Below, one piece after another: positions 17,183-28,237 of a DNA stretch of 64,000 nt. The stretch lies in contig CAYLMK010000001.1 in assembly GCA_964384945.1 (NCBI GenBank), positions 125,859 through 189,858 on the forward strand, given 5' to 3'. Numbering within the stretch: position 1 is the first letter of the stretch; each line of letters begins with the position of its first letter. Source of the DNA: an uncultured Thermodesulfobacteriota bacterium (GTDB lineage Bacteria > Desulfobacterota > DSWW01). Below the pieces are notes generated by a model that saw nothing but the letters and a program-made list of their open reading frames with translations, ran no database searches and had not been told where the DNA came from. A program made the position numbers and the translations under genes.

Positions 17183-19393
17183 TCAGGAAGCTTGATCGCA
17201 GGCTTGCGCGTCCGAGGTCACTGTAACCCCGAGGAGCAGCCCGCCGGAGGAGGAGGCGAATTCGAGAAGGTTCAGGGTGGCGTGGCCGGTCACCGAGACC
17301 GCTCCGACGCAGAGCCGGTCCCCTTCGCGGAGGGTCTCGCCCCTCAAATCCCATGCAAACGAGCCTGTCGCTGCGTCGAATGTCGGCTCTCCTCGAGGTT
17401 TTCCGTTCCACAGGGCCTTGATCTCGTTCAATTCGGAGACGTTCGCGTAGATCGTAGCCTGCAGGAGGAGGTCTTCCGGAGTGACAATCTGCCCGTTCTT
17501 CAGGTTGGACAGGATCACGTTCGGCCCTGTCGTCTCCTGCAAGGAGACCGCAATCTCGTAAGCCTCCTGCTCCGAGTCCGGGTCGACGTCGATCTCGAAC
17601 CCGGAGAACCTCGCCGTCGGTATTTCTTCTTCGTCCTCCACCTTTTCCTTCGCCAGCAGAACGCCGATCGTCTTGTAGGTCACGGAGGCGGGCTCGACCT
17701 CGATCCACTCCCAGGGGTTCTGCGGATACTCCCCCCCCGCATTCAGATCCACCCAATCGTCCGCTCTCTCCGGCGTGCCTTTGCCGCCCGTGAGGGGGTC
17801 GCAGGGGCAGCGCACGTCGTTGATCGGGGGTTCCTCCGCTGGACAGGCGCATCGGTAGGCGGAAAACGATGGCTGGCCCCTGTCGTCGGCGGCCCTGGCG
17901 CGGACCCGCAAGGTTTCGCCGAAAGGCAACTGGGCGTTCTGGTTCTTGTCGACTGCCGGGAAGATCTCCCGGATCTGAATCTGCGGGGCCTGATTCTCCT
18001 TCGTCGAAGGCAGGAACACGATGGGCACGTTCTTCTCTGTCTGGTTTCCCTGCACATCGAGGGCGAGGACCGACAGCGAGTTGGGTAGCCCTCCCGCCTC
18101 GTCCGGTTCGTCCACGATTCCGTCGCCGTCCCAGTCCGTCAAGAAGACAAGGGCTGCCAGAAAGTCTCCCTCCAGCGTGATCGTTTCCGGATCCAGAAGC
18201 AGAAACCGGCTCCTGCCGCCTTGCTCTCCCTCGGAAAGCCGCAGGAGCAGCGACCGCACCTCCCCGCTGAAGCTTTTGATGCTGCCCGTGATGTTCTCGG
18301 CTGCGTTCGAGGTCTCCACCCGGTCCTCGTCCTCTCCGGTCACTTCCAGCTCCGGCTGCCAGTCCAGCCTGTCGGGCGAGAAGGAGAATTGCCGGGCAAC
18401 CTGCGTCGAGCGAAACACCCCTGTCTTCTGATCGGGCACGTCTTCGGCGGAGACGGAATAGCGGTACAGCGCCGGTTCCTGTCCGCCGATCACCTCGCCC
18501 GATCCCTCGCTCCTCAACCTCGGATCGAAAACCTGGAATACCTCCGTAAAATTGCCGCTGGTCGCATCCCAGTCGAGGAAATCGTCGTCGTTCCACTTGA
18601 CCAGCGAACGCCAGAGAGCGGTCACCGAGTCGATCCCGTCTTCGCCGTCGCCCGCTCTGAGAAGGATCTGGAAAGAGCAAGGCTCCGCCTCTTCGGGGTC
18701 CCAGGAGAACGCATCCCCCGACCGCAACGTGTAGCATCCGGGCGAGGCGCCGCCTGCAGGGCAGTCCTGCGCAGGGCGGCCGGACGTGCTGCAGGCTGTC
18801 CTGTAATAAAGGGAATAGACAAGGCCGGGGTCCCCCTCGAGGCTGGTCACTCTCAAGATACGGTATTCGGCCCGGATCCGGATCGGATCCTCTTCCGATG
18901 CAGGGACGAGAATGTCCTGCGCCTCCGACACCCGCACCTCCACCTGGTTTTCCTCGCCATCGGCCGTCCCCAGAGAAAAAAGAAAACGGTCCCCGCGAAT
19001 CAGTCTCCGAGCCGCCAGCGAGGGCTCGCATTCGAAGAAGCCCCCCTCCGCCGCTTCGCAGCTCATTTGACATTCGAAGAAACCGTCCTCCGCGCCCGAG
19101 CACGACGAGAACCCCTGCCCACCGGCATCCTCACGCACGGCGGTCCAGACGATCCTCGGGTTGACGACGGCCGTGTTGTCCGTAATGTTTCCCTGGATGC
19201 GGACGGGCGATTGGGGTGCGACGCCCCCGTCTTCGAGGGAGACCCAAGCGCCGCCCGTCAGGCTGTCCCAGTAGGAAAGCCGCACGTTGGTGATTTGGGG
19301 AGCCTCCGGGTTTCCGCAGCCGCAGGAGAGGAGAAAAAGAAGCAAAAAGATCCGGGCCCTTGCGGCCGATCCCCCACGTTGTCTCGCTCGCAT
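17183..19393 (-). CDS. large acidic lipoprotein, hypothetical (thrombospondin type-3-like Ca-binding motif)
   Basis: Start MRARQRGG...IFLLLFLLSCGC has a lipoprotein signal (LLS-C). DWDGDGIVDEPDE motif and repeated GFFEC motifs. 737 aa. Confidence 0.55.
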   Translation of the reverse strand: MRARQRGGSAARARIFLLLFLLSCGCGNPEAPQITNVRLSYWDSLTGGAWVSLEDGGVAPQSPVRIQGNITDNTAVVNPRIVWTAVREDAGGQGFSSCSGAEDGFFECQMSCEAAEGGFFECEPSLAARRLIRGDRFLFSLGTADGEENQVEVRVSEAQDILVPASEEDPIRIRAEYRILRVTSLEGDPGLVYSLYYRTACSTSGRPAQDCPAGGASPGCYTLRSGDAFSWDPEEAEPCSFQILLRAGDGEDGIDSVTALWRSLVKWNDDDFLDWDATSGNFTEVFQVFDPRLRSEGSGEVIGGQEPALYRYSVSAEDVPDQKTGVFRSTQVARQFSFSPDRLDWQPELEVTGEDEDRVETSNAAENITGSIKSFSGEVRSLLLRLSEGEQGGRSRFLLLDPETITLEGDFLAALVFLTDWDGDGIVDEPDEAGGLPNSLSVLALDVQGNQTEKNVPIVFLPSTKENQAPQIQIREIFPAVDKNQNAQLPFGETLRVRARAADDRGQPSFSAYRCACPAEEPPINDVRCPCDPLTGGKGTPERADDWVDLNAGGEYPQNPWEWIEVEPASVTYKTIGVLLAKEKVEDEEEIPTARFSGFEIDVDPDSEQEAYEIAVSLQETTGPNVILSNLKNGQIVTPEDLLLQATIYANVSELNEIKALWNGKPRGEPTFDAATGSFAWDLRGETLREGDRLCVGAVSVTGHATLNLLEFASSSGGLLLGVTVTSDAQACDQAS

Positions 19394-19445
19394 CTCTCCC
19401 CCGTCTCCCCTTGGCCTGCAGGAAAGCCGATGCTCCCCGTGAGCC

Positions 19446-20783
19446 CTATCCTTCCCGCTCACGGATGGCATCGTAAAAAAGCGTATGCTCCGGCACGAAG
19501 ATCAGATCGACCGTTCCGACCGGTCCGTTTCGCTGCTTCCCGATGATGAGCTCCGCCTTTCCCCGGCATTCCGGTTTGTCCCGAAAATAGAATTCCTCAC
19601 GGTAGACGAAAGCAATCAGGTCCGCATCCTGTTCGATCGCACCCGACTCGCGCAGGTCGGCCAGCATCGGCCTCTTGTCCGGCCGGTTCTCCACCCCGCG
19701 GTTGAGCTGCGAAAGGGCCAGGACGGGAACGTTGAGCTCCTTCGCCAGCCGCTTCAGGGAACGGGAGATCTCCGATATTTCCTGAACACGATTCTCGAAC
19801 CTCCCGGACCCCTGCATGAGCTGCAGGTAATCGATGATGATGAGCTCGACTCCATGCTCCCGTCTCATCTGGCGCGCCTTGCCCCGCATTTCCGTCACAT
19901 GCATGCTCGGCGAATCGTCGATGAAGATCGGAGCCCTCGACAGGACGTCGGCGGCCTTGGTGAGCTTCGGAAAATCCGACTTCTTGATATAGCCGGAACG
20001 CAGCTTGGATCCGTCAACCCTCGCCTCGGCGCAGAGCAGCCGGGTGGCCAGTTGTTCCCGGGACATCTCCAGGGAGAAAATCGCAACCGGCAGCCCTTCC
20101 TTCAGGGCGACGTGGGAGGCGATATTCAGGGCAAGGGCCGTCTTGCCCATGCTCGGCCTGCCCGCAAGAATCACGAGGTCCGAGCGCTGCAATCCGGACG
20201 TCTTGTGATCGAAGTCCACGAAGCCGGTGCCGACACCGGAGAGCATTCCCTGTTTGTCGTAAAGTTTTTCGATCGACTGGAACGTCTCCTGCAGGACCGC
20301 CCGGAGGGGGACGAATCCCTGCCGCTGCTGGCTGCGGGAGACCTCCAGAATGGTCTGCTCCGCCCGGTCCAGGAAGGATACCGCGTCCTCGGGCTCCTCG
20401 TAGCCCTGCCGGGCGATCTCCGTGGCGGCCTCGATCAGCCGCCGCAGAACGGATTTCTCCTTGACGATCTTCGCATAATAGAGGATGTTGGCGGCCGTGG
20501 GAACCTCGTCCGCCAGGGAGGCGAGATAGACCGCACCGCCCACCTCCTGAAGCGAGCCCTTCCGATTCACTTCCTCGGTGAGCGTGATCAGGTCCACCGG
20601 GTGGTTCCGCTCCGAGAGGTCCACCATGGCCTGATAGATCTTCCGGTGCGCGTCCCGGTAGAAGTCCTCCTCGCGGAGAATCTCCACCACGTTGGGCATG
20701 GCCCGGTTCTCGAGCAGGATTCCCCCCAGGACCGAGCGTTCCGCCTCGAGGTTCTGTGGGGGAACCCGTTCCAGAAAGCCCAT
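19446..20783 (-). CDS. dnaB: replicative DNA helicase DnaB
   Basis: N-terminal DnaB domain, Walker A GRPSMGKTA, Walker B ELIIIDYLQLM, and the conserved rplI-dnaB context. Confidence 0.95.
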   Translation of the reverse strand: MGFLERVPPQNLEAERSVLGGILLENRAMPNVVEILREEDFYRDAHRKIYQAMVDLSERNHPVDLITLTEEVNRKGSLQEVGGAVYLASLADEVPTAANILYYAKIVKEKSVLRRLIEAATEIARQGYEEPEDAVSFLDRAEQTILEVSRSQQRQGFVPLRAVLQETFQSIEKLYDKQGMLSGVGTGFVDFDHKTSGLQRSDLVILAGRPSMGKTALALNIASHVALKEGLPVAIFSLEMSREQLATRLLCAEARVDGSKLRSGYIKKSDFPKLTKAADVLSRAPIFIDDSPSMHVTEMRGKARQMRREHGVELIIIDYLQLMQGSGRFENRVQEISEISRSLKRLAKELNVPVLALSQLNRGVENRPDKRPMLADLRESGAIEQDADLIAFVYREEFYFRDKPECRGKAELIIGKQRNGPVGTVDLIFVPEHTLFYDAIREREG

Positions 20784-20822
20784 ACGCAGGTATCTCTCAA
20801 AGGGGAAGTCGTGGGGCCCCGA

Positions 20823-21266
20823 TCATTCCTTGACGACCCAGACTTTGATGCTTCCCATGACGTCGGCGTGGAGCTTCACGGGAACGGTGTACATCCCGAG
20901 TTTCTTGATCGGTTCTTCGAGCAGGATGCGCTTCCGATCGATCGAGAGCCCTTCCTCTTTGAGGGCCAGCTCGATGTCGCGGGAGGTCACGGACCCGTAA
21001 AGCTTCTCTTCCTCTCCGGTCTTCCGTCGGATCGTGCAGGAAACCGACTCGAGGCTTCCCGCCAACACCTGGGCATCCTTCCTCTGTCTATCCATCCGCG
21101 CCTGAATGAGCTTCTTCTGATGCTCGATCTCCTTCAGGCTCCTGGTGGAGGCCTTGACGCCGAACCCCCTGGGCAGCAAGTAGTTCCTGGCGAACCCATC
21201 GGCCACAACGACCACATCTCCGACCTTACCCAGATTCTCGACATCTTCTCGTAGGATCAACTTCAT
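20823..21266 (-). CDS. rplI: 50S ribosomal protein L9
   Basis: MKLILREDVENLGKVGDVV...; GGAGGAG RBS. Confidence 0.9.
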   Translation of the reverse strand: MKLILREDVENLGKVGDVVVVADGFARNYLLPRGFGVKASTRSLKEIEHQKKLIQARMDRQRKDAQVLAGSLESVSCTIRRKTGEEEKLYGSVTSRDIELALKEEGLSIDRKRILLEEPIKKLGMYTVPVKLHADVMGSIKVWVVKE

Positions 21267-21427
21267 TCTCGACTCCTCCCTGCTATCGGCAGGCAACCTC
21301 TTGCGGGCGGAACCCCGGAGAACATCCCGCCCGACGGGTCCTTTCGTCCGAAGGGGGAAAGCAAGCGGGTTCCGGCGATGCGAGGATCGGCCTGAACGGA
21401 GCAAACGACGGCGACGGGAACCTGCGT

Positions 21428-21685
21428 CTAGATTTCCATGTTTGTGTAGGGCATCAACGCCAGATGACGCGCCCGCTTGATGGCCAGCGTGATTTTCCTC
21501 TGATGCTTCGCGCAGTTACCGGAAATCCTCCTCGGGATGATCTTGCCCCTTTCCGTAATGAAGTAACGGAGTTGTCTCGGGTCCTTGTAATTGATCTCCA
21601 AGGTTGCGTCCGCACAGAACCGGCAGACCTTTTTCCGCACGTAAAGCCTTCGCTTGGCTTTCTTCAAGTCCTTTCGACCAATCAT
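21428..21685 (-). CDS. rpsR: 30S ribosomal protein S18
   Basis: [43 protein letters not shown]. Confidence 0.95.
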   Translation of the reverse strand: MIGRKDLKKAKRRLYVRKKVCRFCADATLEINYKDPRQLRYFITERGKIIPRRISGNCAKHQRKITLAIKRARHLALMPYTNMEI

Positions 21686-21730
21686 CCTTTTTTCCTTCTT
21701 CTGACGGGTGGATCGCGGTGCGCCTGTTCT

Positions 21731-22234
21731 CTACTCGTCCCGGTCCTCTTCCTCTGCGGGTTCAGCCCAGTCCGCCTCCGGCTCCGGGGCCTTCCCCGCC
21801 TCCTCCGTCCCCGGCGGACCGGCCTCCTCGGCGGCATCCGCCTCCTCCGCCTTCGGGGCAACCGGGGGCGGGGCCGCCGCCCTGGCGGCTGCCTTCTCCC
21901 TTTCTTCCGCCTGCTCCTTCCGGGCCGCTGCCAGATCCACCCGATCGTGCGTCTTTACCGTGAGGAAGCGAAGGACGCTTTCGAACATCCTCATGTAGCG
22001 TTCGAGTTCGGAAACCACCTGCGAGGTTCCCACGAAGTCGAACAGGAGGTAATGTCCTTTCGGATGATTCCTGACCGGATAGGCCAGCCTGCGCACTCCC
22101 CAGTCTTCCCTCTTGACGAGGAACCCTCCGCTCTTCTCCACCGCGCCGTCGAGCCGGTCGAGGAGATCCTTCTTCTTGCCTTCATCCAAATCGGCGGGCA
22201 GGATGAAGACGGCTTCGTATCGCCGATTCCGCAT
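21731..22234 (-). CDS. rpsF: 30S ribosomal protein S6 (with long acidic Ala/Pro/Glu-rich C-terminal tail)
   Basis: MRNRRYEAVFIL...GHYLLFDF S6 core. GGAGGG RBS. Confidence 0.9.
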   Translation of the reverse strand: MRNRRYEAVFILPADLDEGKKKDLLDRLDGAVEKSGGFLVKREDWGVRRLAYPVRNHPKGHYLLFDFVGTSQVVSELERYMRMFESVLRFLTVKTHDRVDLAAARKEQAEEREKAAARAAAPPPVAPKAEEADAAEEAGPPGTEEAGKAPEPEADWAEPAEEEDRDE

Positions 22235-22392
22235 GTTCCCTCCTTCTGGTCGGATGGCCCCGCACCGCACAGGGACCGCCGTTGGACGGCCCGGGGTGGG
22301 AGCAAGGGGGTTTCAGGTGTCTCGTTTCGAGAACCTCTTGTCGCCCAGTTTTTGAAATGTACCAGCCCTCATTGGAATTTACAACCTGCCGA

Positions 22393-23502
22393 TCACCTCG
22401 CACTTCCCCCCTGGAACCGTATCCGGACGATATCTCCGTCCCGCACCTGGTAGTCTCTCCCCTCTGCATGGATGAGGCCCTGTTGGCGCACCGCCTCCTC
22501 GGAGCCGGACCGTCGGAAGTCCTCGAAGTGCATGATCTCCGCCTTGATGAACCCTCGCTGCATATCGCTATGGATCTTTCCCGCCGCCTCAAACACGCTC
22601 TCGCCCCGCCGGAGGGTCCACGCGCGGACCTCCGTTCCCACGACCGTGTAGAAGGTGATCAGGTCCAGAAGCCGGTACCCCTCCTCGACCAGGCGCTCGA
22701 GCCCGGAAGGGCCCAGTCCCATCTCCTGCCGGAACCTCTCCCGTTCGGCCGGATCCAGGTCCATGATCTCCTGTTCAACTTTGGCGCCCAAGGGGAGAAA
22801 CACACAGTCCACGTCCTCAAGCCGTTCCCGCATCCGGGCCACGATTTCCGCCTGCCGAGGAATCTGCTCTTCCCCCAGGTTCAGAACGTACAAAACGGGC
22901 CTGTCTGTCAGGAATCCCCACTCCTTGAATCGACCTGCGCGTCGCTCTTCCCTGCCGACCGAACGCCGCAGGGGGATGCCCCGGTTCAGGGTTTCTAGCC
23001 AGCCTTCCAGGAGATCGAGTTCCTGCCGGGCCTCTTTTTGCCCCACCCTGGCCAGCCTCTGCGCCTTTTCTTTCCGCCGTTCCGCCACCTCGATGTCGGC
23101 CAGAATGAGCTCGGTCTCCACGACGTGAACGTCCCGGATCGGCTCCGGTTCGCCCGCGATATGGACGATCTCGGAGTCCTCGAACAGCCGGATCACGTGG
23201 ACGACGGCATCCACCGTGCGGAGATGGCCCAGAAAGGCATTTCCGAGCCCCTCACCCCGACTCGCCCCCTCCACCAACCCCGCCACATCCAGAAACGCGA
23301 GCGTCGTGGGCGTGAGCTTCTCGGGCCTCAGCCGCTCCCCCAGAAGGTCGAGCCGCCCGTCCGGCACGGGGACCCGCCCCCGGTTCGGCTCAACGGTGCA
23401 GAACGGGTAGTTCGAGGCCTCGGCACATCCTCCCGTGAGCGCGTTGAACACGGTTGACTTGCCCACGTTCGGCAGCCCGACGATTCCGCAGGTAAACCCC
23501 AT
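22393..23502 (-). CDS. ychF: ribosome-binding ATPase YchF
   Basis: G1 GIVGLPNVGKST, TGS-like C-terminus, YchF coiled-coil insert. Confidence 0.9.
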   Translation of the reverse strand: MGFTCGIVGLPNVGKSTVFNALTGGCAEASNYPFCTVEPNRGRVPVPDGRLDLLGERLRPEKLTPTTLAFLDVAGLVEGASRGEGLGNAFLGHLRTVDAVVHVIRLFEDSEIVHIAGEPEPIRDVHVVETELILADIEVAERRKEKAQRLARVGQKEARQELDLLEGWLETLNRGIPLRRSVGREERRAGRFKEWGFLTDRPVLYVLNLGEEQIPRQAEIVARMRERLEDVDCVFLPLGAKVEQEIMDLDPAERERFRQEMGLGPSGLERLVEEGYRLLDLITFYTVVGTEVRAWTLRRGESVFEAAGKIHSDMQRGFIKAEIMHFEDFRRSGSEEAVRQQGLIHAEGRDYQVRDGDIVRIRFQGGSAR

Positions 23503-23623
23503 GGAGCCCTGCCTTGCCCGGCAACCCCACAAAAAAACTCGCCAGGGGCTTCGATCCGCCCCTGGCGAGCGTCCCTCGATATCGTAGCCCCATGACCGGG
23601 AGGATCTCGAAGAGCCCCCCCTT

Positions 23624-25732
23624 CTAAAGCAGCGGAGCGATCACCAGGGAGACAACGGACATCAGCTTGATCAGGATGTTCATCGCGGGCCCGGAGGTAT
23701 CCTTGAAAGGATCGCCCACGGTGTCGCCGATCACCGCCGCTTTGTGATTGGCGCTGCCCTTGCCTCCCAGGTTTCCCTTCTCGATGTACTTCTTCGCGTT
23801 GTCCCATGCGCCGCCGCCGTTGGCCATCATGAGCGCCAGGAGCACGCCCGAGGCCGTCGCGCCCGCCAGGGCGCCTGCCAACGCCACAGGTCCCATCCAG
23901 AAGCCGACAACCGGCGGCGTGATGACGGCGACCAGGCCGGGCACGATCATCCTCTTGAGAGCGCCCTTGGTCGCAATATCCACGCACCGGGCCGGATCCG
24001 GCTTCCCGGTGCCCTCCAGCAGCCCTGGAATCTCCTTGAACTGCCGGCGGATCTCGTTGACCATGTCAAAGGCCGCGGAGCCCACGGCCAGCATCGTCCG
24101 GCTGGCGATAAGGAAGGGGATGAAGGCGCCGATGAACAGTCCGATCACCGCCTGCGGGCTGGTCAGGTTGACCACGAGCACTTCGAGAAAATCGGTCGCC
24201 GGGTCGTCCACATTGACCGCCTGCGTATAGGCGGAAAACAGGGCGAGCGCCGTCAAGGCAGCGCTCCCGATCGCAAAGCCCTTGCCGATCGCGGCCGTCG
24301 TGTTCCCCAAAGCATCGAGCCCGTCCGTGATCTGCCGGGTCTCGGGGCCCAACTCGGCCATCTCCGAGATGCCGCCCGCGTTGTCCGCGATCGGCCCGTA
24401 GGAATCCACGCTCATCGTGATGCCCACGGTGGCCAGCATGCCCACGGCAGCGATCCCGATCCCGTAAAGCCCCGCATAGTGGTTGGAGATGAAGATGGCC
24501 AGACAGATGAAGATCACGGGCGCCACCACGCTTTCCATGCCCACGGCCAGTCCCTGAATGATCACCGTGGCGGGGCCGGTCTCCGAGGCCTTTGCGATGT
24601 CCCGCACGGGCTTCCCGGCGGTGTAGTACTCCGTGATCAGCCCGATCACCACGCCGGCCAAACAGCCGAGCGTCACGGCCAGCCAGACGTTCGCCCGGCC
24701 CGCGAGGTCCGCCATGCCAGCCGCAGCGGCCCCTTCGCGCAACAGGCCGTTCACCCCGAACAGCCAGATCCAGATACCGGAGCCCACGATGAAGAGCCCC
24801 GCCGCGATGAACATGGAGTACCGCAGCGCGGCAGCCGGGCTGTACTTCTTCAGCCAGTCGATGCTCCGGATCCCAACGAACGAACTGAGCAACCCGATGG
24901 CCACCATGAAGATGGGAAGGCTCATGAAATAGAAGGCGTTCTCCCCCACCGTGGCCGTCCAGGTCGCGCCGATCGCGATCGTAGCGACGACCGAGCCCAC
25001 GTAGGACTCGAAGATGTCGGCGCCCATTCCAGCGGTGTCCCCGACACAGTCCCCCACGTTGTCCGCGATCACGCCCGGGTTTCTGGGGTCATCCTCCGGG
25101 ATCCCGGCCTCCACCTTGCCCACCAGGTCCGCGCCCACGTCGGCCGCCTTGGTGTAGATCCCGCCCCCGACACGGGCAAAGAGCGCGATCGAGCTCGCGC
25201 CCATGGCGAATCCATTGATATCCTGCGTCTGGAAAAACCCGAACCAGCGGGAAAACAGGTAAAGAATCGTCACCCCCAGCATCCCCAGGCTGGCCACCGT
25301 CAGGCCCATCACGGCCCCACCGTTAAAGGCCACCTCCAGGGCGCTGCCCTGCCCCTCCTGGTTGGCCATCCAGGAGGTCCGCACGTTGGCCTTGGTCGCA
25401 GCCTGCATGCCCACAAAGCCGGCCGTCATGGAGCAGCCCGCGCCCAGCAGGAAGCACACTGCGGTCAGAAAGGAGATCTTCCACGCCAGGAGCAGGAACA
25501 CGATCGCGATGAAGGCGCAAAGGTAGGTATACTCCGTCTTCAGGAAGGCCATGGCGCCCGTGTGGATCAGCTCCGCGATCTCCCGCATCTTGTCCGTGCC
25601 CGAATCCTTCGCCTCGATATCGCCGAAAATCTTGCGCGCCGCACCGATGCCGACAACTCCCACGGCCAACACCCCCAGCAGCCCGACCCCGTACATGCCC
25701 CAGGTTCGAAAGACCTCTACAATCGTCTCCAT
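23624..25732 (-). CDS. hppA: membrane-bound proton-translocating pyrophosphatase (H+-PPase)
   Basis: 702 aa, about 16 TM helices. Conserved GGG/DNVGD, DxxGNTTAA and GDTxGDPxK motifs. Confidence 0.95.
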   Translation of the reverse strand: METIVEVFRTWGMYGVGLLGVLAVGVVGIGAARKIFGDIEAKDSGTDKMREIAELIHTGAMAFLKTEYTYLCAFIAIVFLLLAWKISFLTAVCFLLGAGCSMTAGFVGMQAATKANVRTSWMANQEGQGSALEVAFNGGAVMGLTVASLGMLGVTILYLFSRWFGFFQTQDINGFAMGASSIALFARVGGGIYTKAADVGADLVGKVEAGIPEDDPRNPGVIADNVGDCVGDTAGMGADIFESYVGSVVATIAIGATWTATVGENAFYFMSLPIFMVAIGLLSSFVGIRSIDWLKKYSPAAALRYSMFIAAGLFIVGSGIWIWLFGVNGLLREGAAAAGMADLAGRANVWLAVTLGCLAGVVIGLITEYYTAGKPVRDIAKASETGPATVIIQGLAVGMESVVAPVIFICLAIFISNHYAGLYGIGIAAVGMLATVGITMSVDSYGPIADNAGGISEMAELGPETRQITDGLDALGNTTAAIGKGFAIGSAALTALALFSAYTQAVNVDDPATDFLEVLVVNLTSPQAVIGLFIGAFIPFLIASRTMLAVGSAAFDMVNEIRRQFKEIPGLLEGTGKPDPARCVDIATKGALKRMIVPGLVAVITPPVVGFWMGPVALAGALAGATASGVLLALMMANGGGAWDNAKKYIEKGNLGGKGSANHKAAVIGDTVGDPFKDTSGPAMNILIKLMSVVSLVIAPLL

Positions 25733-25809
25733 TCAACCGTCCTCCTTTTTTCGCTGGTTGCCCCGTCTTGTTCGCTTCCGTTTCCACAGCAGACAGCGTG
25801 TTCCTTGAT

Positions 25810-26403
25810 CTATGCTCCCGGATCCGCTCCTTTTCCCTCGCTCCGGATCCGAGTATTGAAACGGTTCATGGCCCGATCGATGCCTTCCTCCAGAACACAC
25901 TCCAGAGCCTCGGCTCCTCGTTCGAGGAAAAGCGGAAGCCTTGCTTCCTGTTCGTCCGGGAACCTCCCCAGCACGTAATCCTCAGGCTGTTCTCCGGCCC
26001 TGGGTCGGCCAATCCCCAGTTTGACGCGCAGGAAACGATCGGAACCGAGTTCGCAAAGGATGGATTCGATGCCCCTGTGTCCGCCCGACCCTCCGCCTCT
26101 CTTGAGCTTCATCGTCTCGAACGGAAGGTCCATGTCGTCGTGGACCACGATAAGCGATTCCGTCGGCACGCCCGACGCATCCAGGATCTCGCGGATTACC
26201 TCCCCGCTTCGGTTCATGTAGGTCTGCGGCTTGACGAGAAGGATCCTCGTGTCGCCCACGAGGTGCGACCCGACCGTCGCAAACCCTTTTTGTTCCTTCC
26301 ACGCGCTCTTCTGCCTGCATGCGAATCGATCCAGCACCAGGAATCCGATATTGTGGCGGGTCTTCGCGTAGCGCCGCCCCGGATTCCCGAGGCCGGCCAT
26401 CAA
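25810..26403 (-). CDS. pth: peptidyl-tRNA hydrolase
   Basis: GLGNPG...TRHNIGF...HDDMDLP...GGHNG(L/I) family motifs. Confidence 0.9.
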   Translation of the reverse strand: MMAGLGNPGRRYAKTRHNIGFLVLDRFACRQKSAWKEQKGFATVGSHLVGDTRILLVKPQTYMNRSGEVIREILDASGVPTESLIVVHDDMDLPFETMKLKRGGGSGGHRGIESILCELGSDRFLRVKLGIGRPRAGEQPEDYVLGRFPDEQEARLPLFLERGAEALECVLEEGIDRAMNRFNTRIRSEGKGADPGA

Positions 26404-26414
26404 CCACAGACGGC

Positions 26415-27074
26415 TCAGCTCTCTTCTTCCTTCTCTTTCTCCTGGGCCTTGCCCGGTTCGCCCGGCTCCTCCTCACCCGGTGCAACCTCCGCCGCTTTCG
26501 GTTCCTCCACAGGCGCCGAAATGACAACGACCGGCTCCTTGGCATCGGTGAGAATCCGCACCCCTTCGGGCACCTTCAGTTGTTCCACGTGGATCGAATC
26601 GCCCATCTTCAACGCCCCGATCTCCGCCTCCAGGTATTCGGGGATGTCGCCGGGCAGGCACTCCAGTTCGACCGACCGTCTCAATTGTTGAACCATGCCG
26701 CCGTCCCGGAGCGCCTCCGTGGGCTCACCGACCAGTCGGAGGGGCACCTCGACCGTGATGACCTGATCCATCAGGACCCCGAGGAAATCCGCATGCACCA
26801 TCCGGTTGAGCGGGTCCCTCTGGACTTCCTTGAGGATGACGGTCTGCTCGGCTGCGGGGGATTCCCCGTCCCGGATCTTGAGCTGAATGAGTACGTTCTG
26901 TCCGGCCGCGGCGTGCAGAATCCGTTCCAGTTCCGTCTTATGCAAGCTCAGGGGAATCGGATCAAGGCCCTTTCGATAGCACACAGCCGGGACGAAGCCT
27001 CTGGCCCGCAGCTTCCGGGCCACACCCTTCCCGGTTTCCCGCCTTCTTCTGACTTCCAGTTCCTGCTGTTCCAT
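26415..27074 (-). CDS. rplY: 50S ribosomal protein L25 / general stress protein Ctc
   Basis: L25 N-domain followed by an acidic C-terminal extension. Conserved ctc-pth-prs context. Confidence 0.85.
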   Translation of the reverse strand: MEQQELEVRRRRETGKGVARKLRARGFVPAVCYRKGLDPIPLSLHKTELERILHAAAGQNVLIQLKIRDGESPAAEQTVILKEVQRDPLNRMVHADFLGVLMDQVITVEVPLRLVGEPTEALRDGGMVQQLRRSVELECLPGDIPEYLEAEIGALKMGDSIHVEQLKVPEGVRILTDAKEPVVVISAPVEEPKAAEVAPGEEEPGEPGKAQEKEKEEES

Positions 27075-27131
27075 TCCGGGGAACTCCTTCCCGTTTTCGG
27101 CACAGGGCGCACTCGGGCCCGGTGACGCCGA

Positions 27132-28070
27132 TCATATAAAAAGGCCGCTTACCGACTCACTGAAATAGGTCCGCTTGATCGCTTCGGCGAGCAGTCTGGC
27201 GATCGAGAAGACCCGTATCTTTTCGCACGCCCTCGCCTCGTCGCTCAGGGGAATCGAATTCGTGACGATCAGCTCCTTCAGGGGCGAGTTCTGCAGTCGC
27301 TGCAGCGCAGGGCCCGACAAAACCGGATGCGTACAGCAGGCATACACCTCCCTCGCCCCGGCCTGGTGCAGTGCCTCGGCTCCCTGCACCAGCGTTCCCG
27401 CCGTGTCGACGATGTCGTCCACGACCACGGCCCGGCATCCCTGCACGTTGCCGATGATGTTCATGCTTCGGGAGACATTCGGGGCGTCCCGCCGTTTGTC
27501 GATGATCGCCATCGGCCGGTCGAGCCGCTTCGCAAAAGCCAGCGTCCGTTCCACCCCTCCCGCGTCGGGCGCTACAAGAACGACGTTGTCGGAGAGATTG
27601 TCCCGGATGTAAGGGAGCAGAACGGGCGTGGCGAACAGGTTGTCCACCGGGATATCGAAAAAGCCCTGAATCTGTCCTGCGTGAAGGTCCAGGCACAGGA
27701 TTCGCGTGGCCCCGGCCACGGTAAGAAGATCCGCGATCAGCTTGGCGGAGATCGGGGCGCGGGGCGCCGCCTTCCGGTCCTGCCGTGCGTACCCGTAATA
27801 GGGCACGACCACCGCGATGGTCTTGGCGGATGCGCGCTTGAGCGCATCGATCATGATCAGCAGTTCCATCAGGTTGGTGTCGCTGGGTCGACAGATCGAC
27901 TGGAGCACAAAAACGTCCAGCCCGCGCACGTTCTCCTGGATGACGACGGAGGTCTCTCCATCGCTGAATTGTTTTACCTCCGCGCTGCCCGGCTTGATGC
28001 CGAGTTCGTCGCAGATTTCGCGGAAAAGACTGCGGTTCGAGTTCCCCGAAAAAATACGCAGCTTCTTCAT
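27132..28070 (-). CDS. prs: ribose-phosphate pyrophosphokinase
   Basis: MKKLRIFSGNSN..., the PRPP-binding loop VVDDIVDTAGT, and divalent cation site. Confidence 0.95.
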   Translation of the reverse strand: MKKLRIFSGNSNRSLFREICDELGIKPGSAEVKQFSDGETSVVIQENVRGLDVFVLQSICRPSDTNLMELLIMIDALKRASAKTIAVVVPYYGYARQDRKAAPRAPISAKLIADLLTVAGATRILCLDLHAGQIQGFFDIPVDNLFATPVLLPYIRDNLSDNVVLVAPDAGGVERTLAFAKRLDRPMAIIDKRRDAPNVSRSMNIIGNVQGCRAVVVDDIVDTAGTLVQGAEALHQAGAREVYACCTHPVLSGPALQRLQNSPLKELIVTNSIPLSDEARACEKIRVFSIARLLAEAIKRTYFSESVSGLFI

Positions 28071-28237
28071 GCGGTTCGATCTCGTATACTGGGTGTAGAC
28101 CGGCGGGATTCGCGAAAGCGCAAGCCTACCAGAGAGGCAACAAAAAGTAAAGAGCCCGAGCGCCCGAGACCGCCCAACTGCGTTCCCTGCCACCGGCGCC
28201 GGTCACGCGCCCGGGTGCTTTCCGGCAAGGGGGCGAG

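Noticed and set aside
17076-19103. 675-aa minus-strand ORF and 17192-18088 / 18221-19546 plus-strand ORFs
   Set aside because: Alternative frames or antisense of the large lipoprotein gene. Arg/Gly-rich junk translations.
19485-21254. 589-aa plus-strand ORF
   Set aside because: Antisense to dnaB and rplI.
23744-25978. 744-aa plus-strand ORF
   Set aside because: Antisense to the H+-PPase gene. His/Arg/Gly-rich nonsense.
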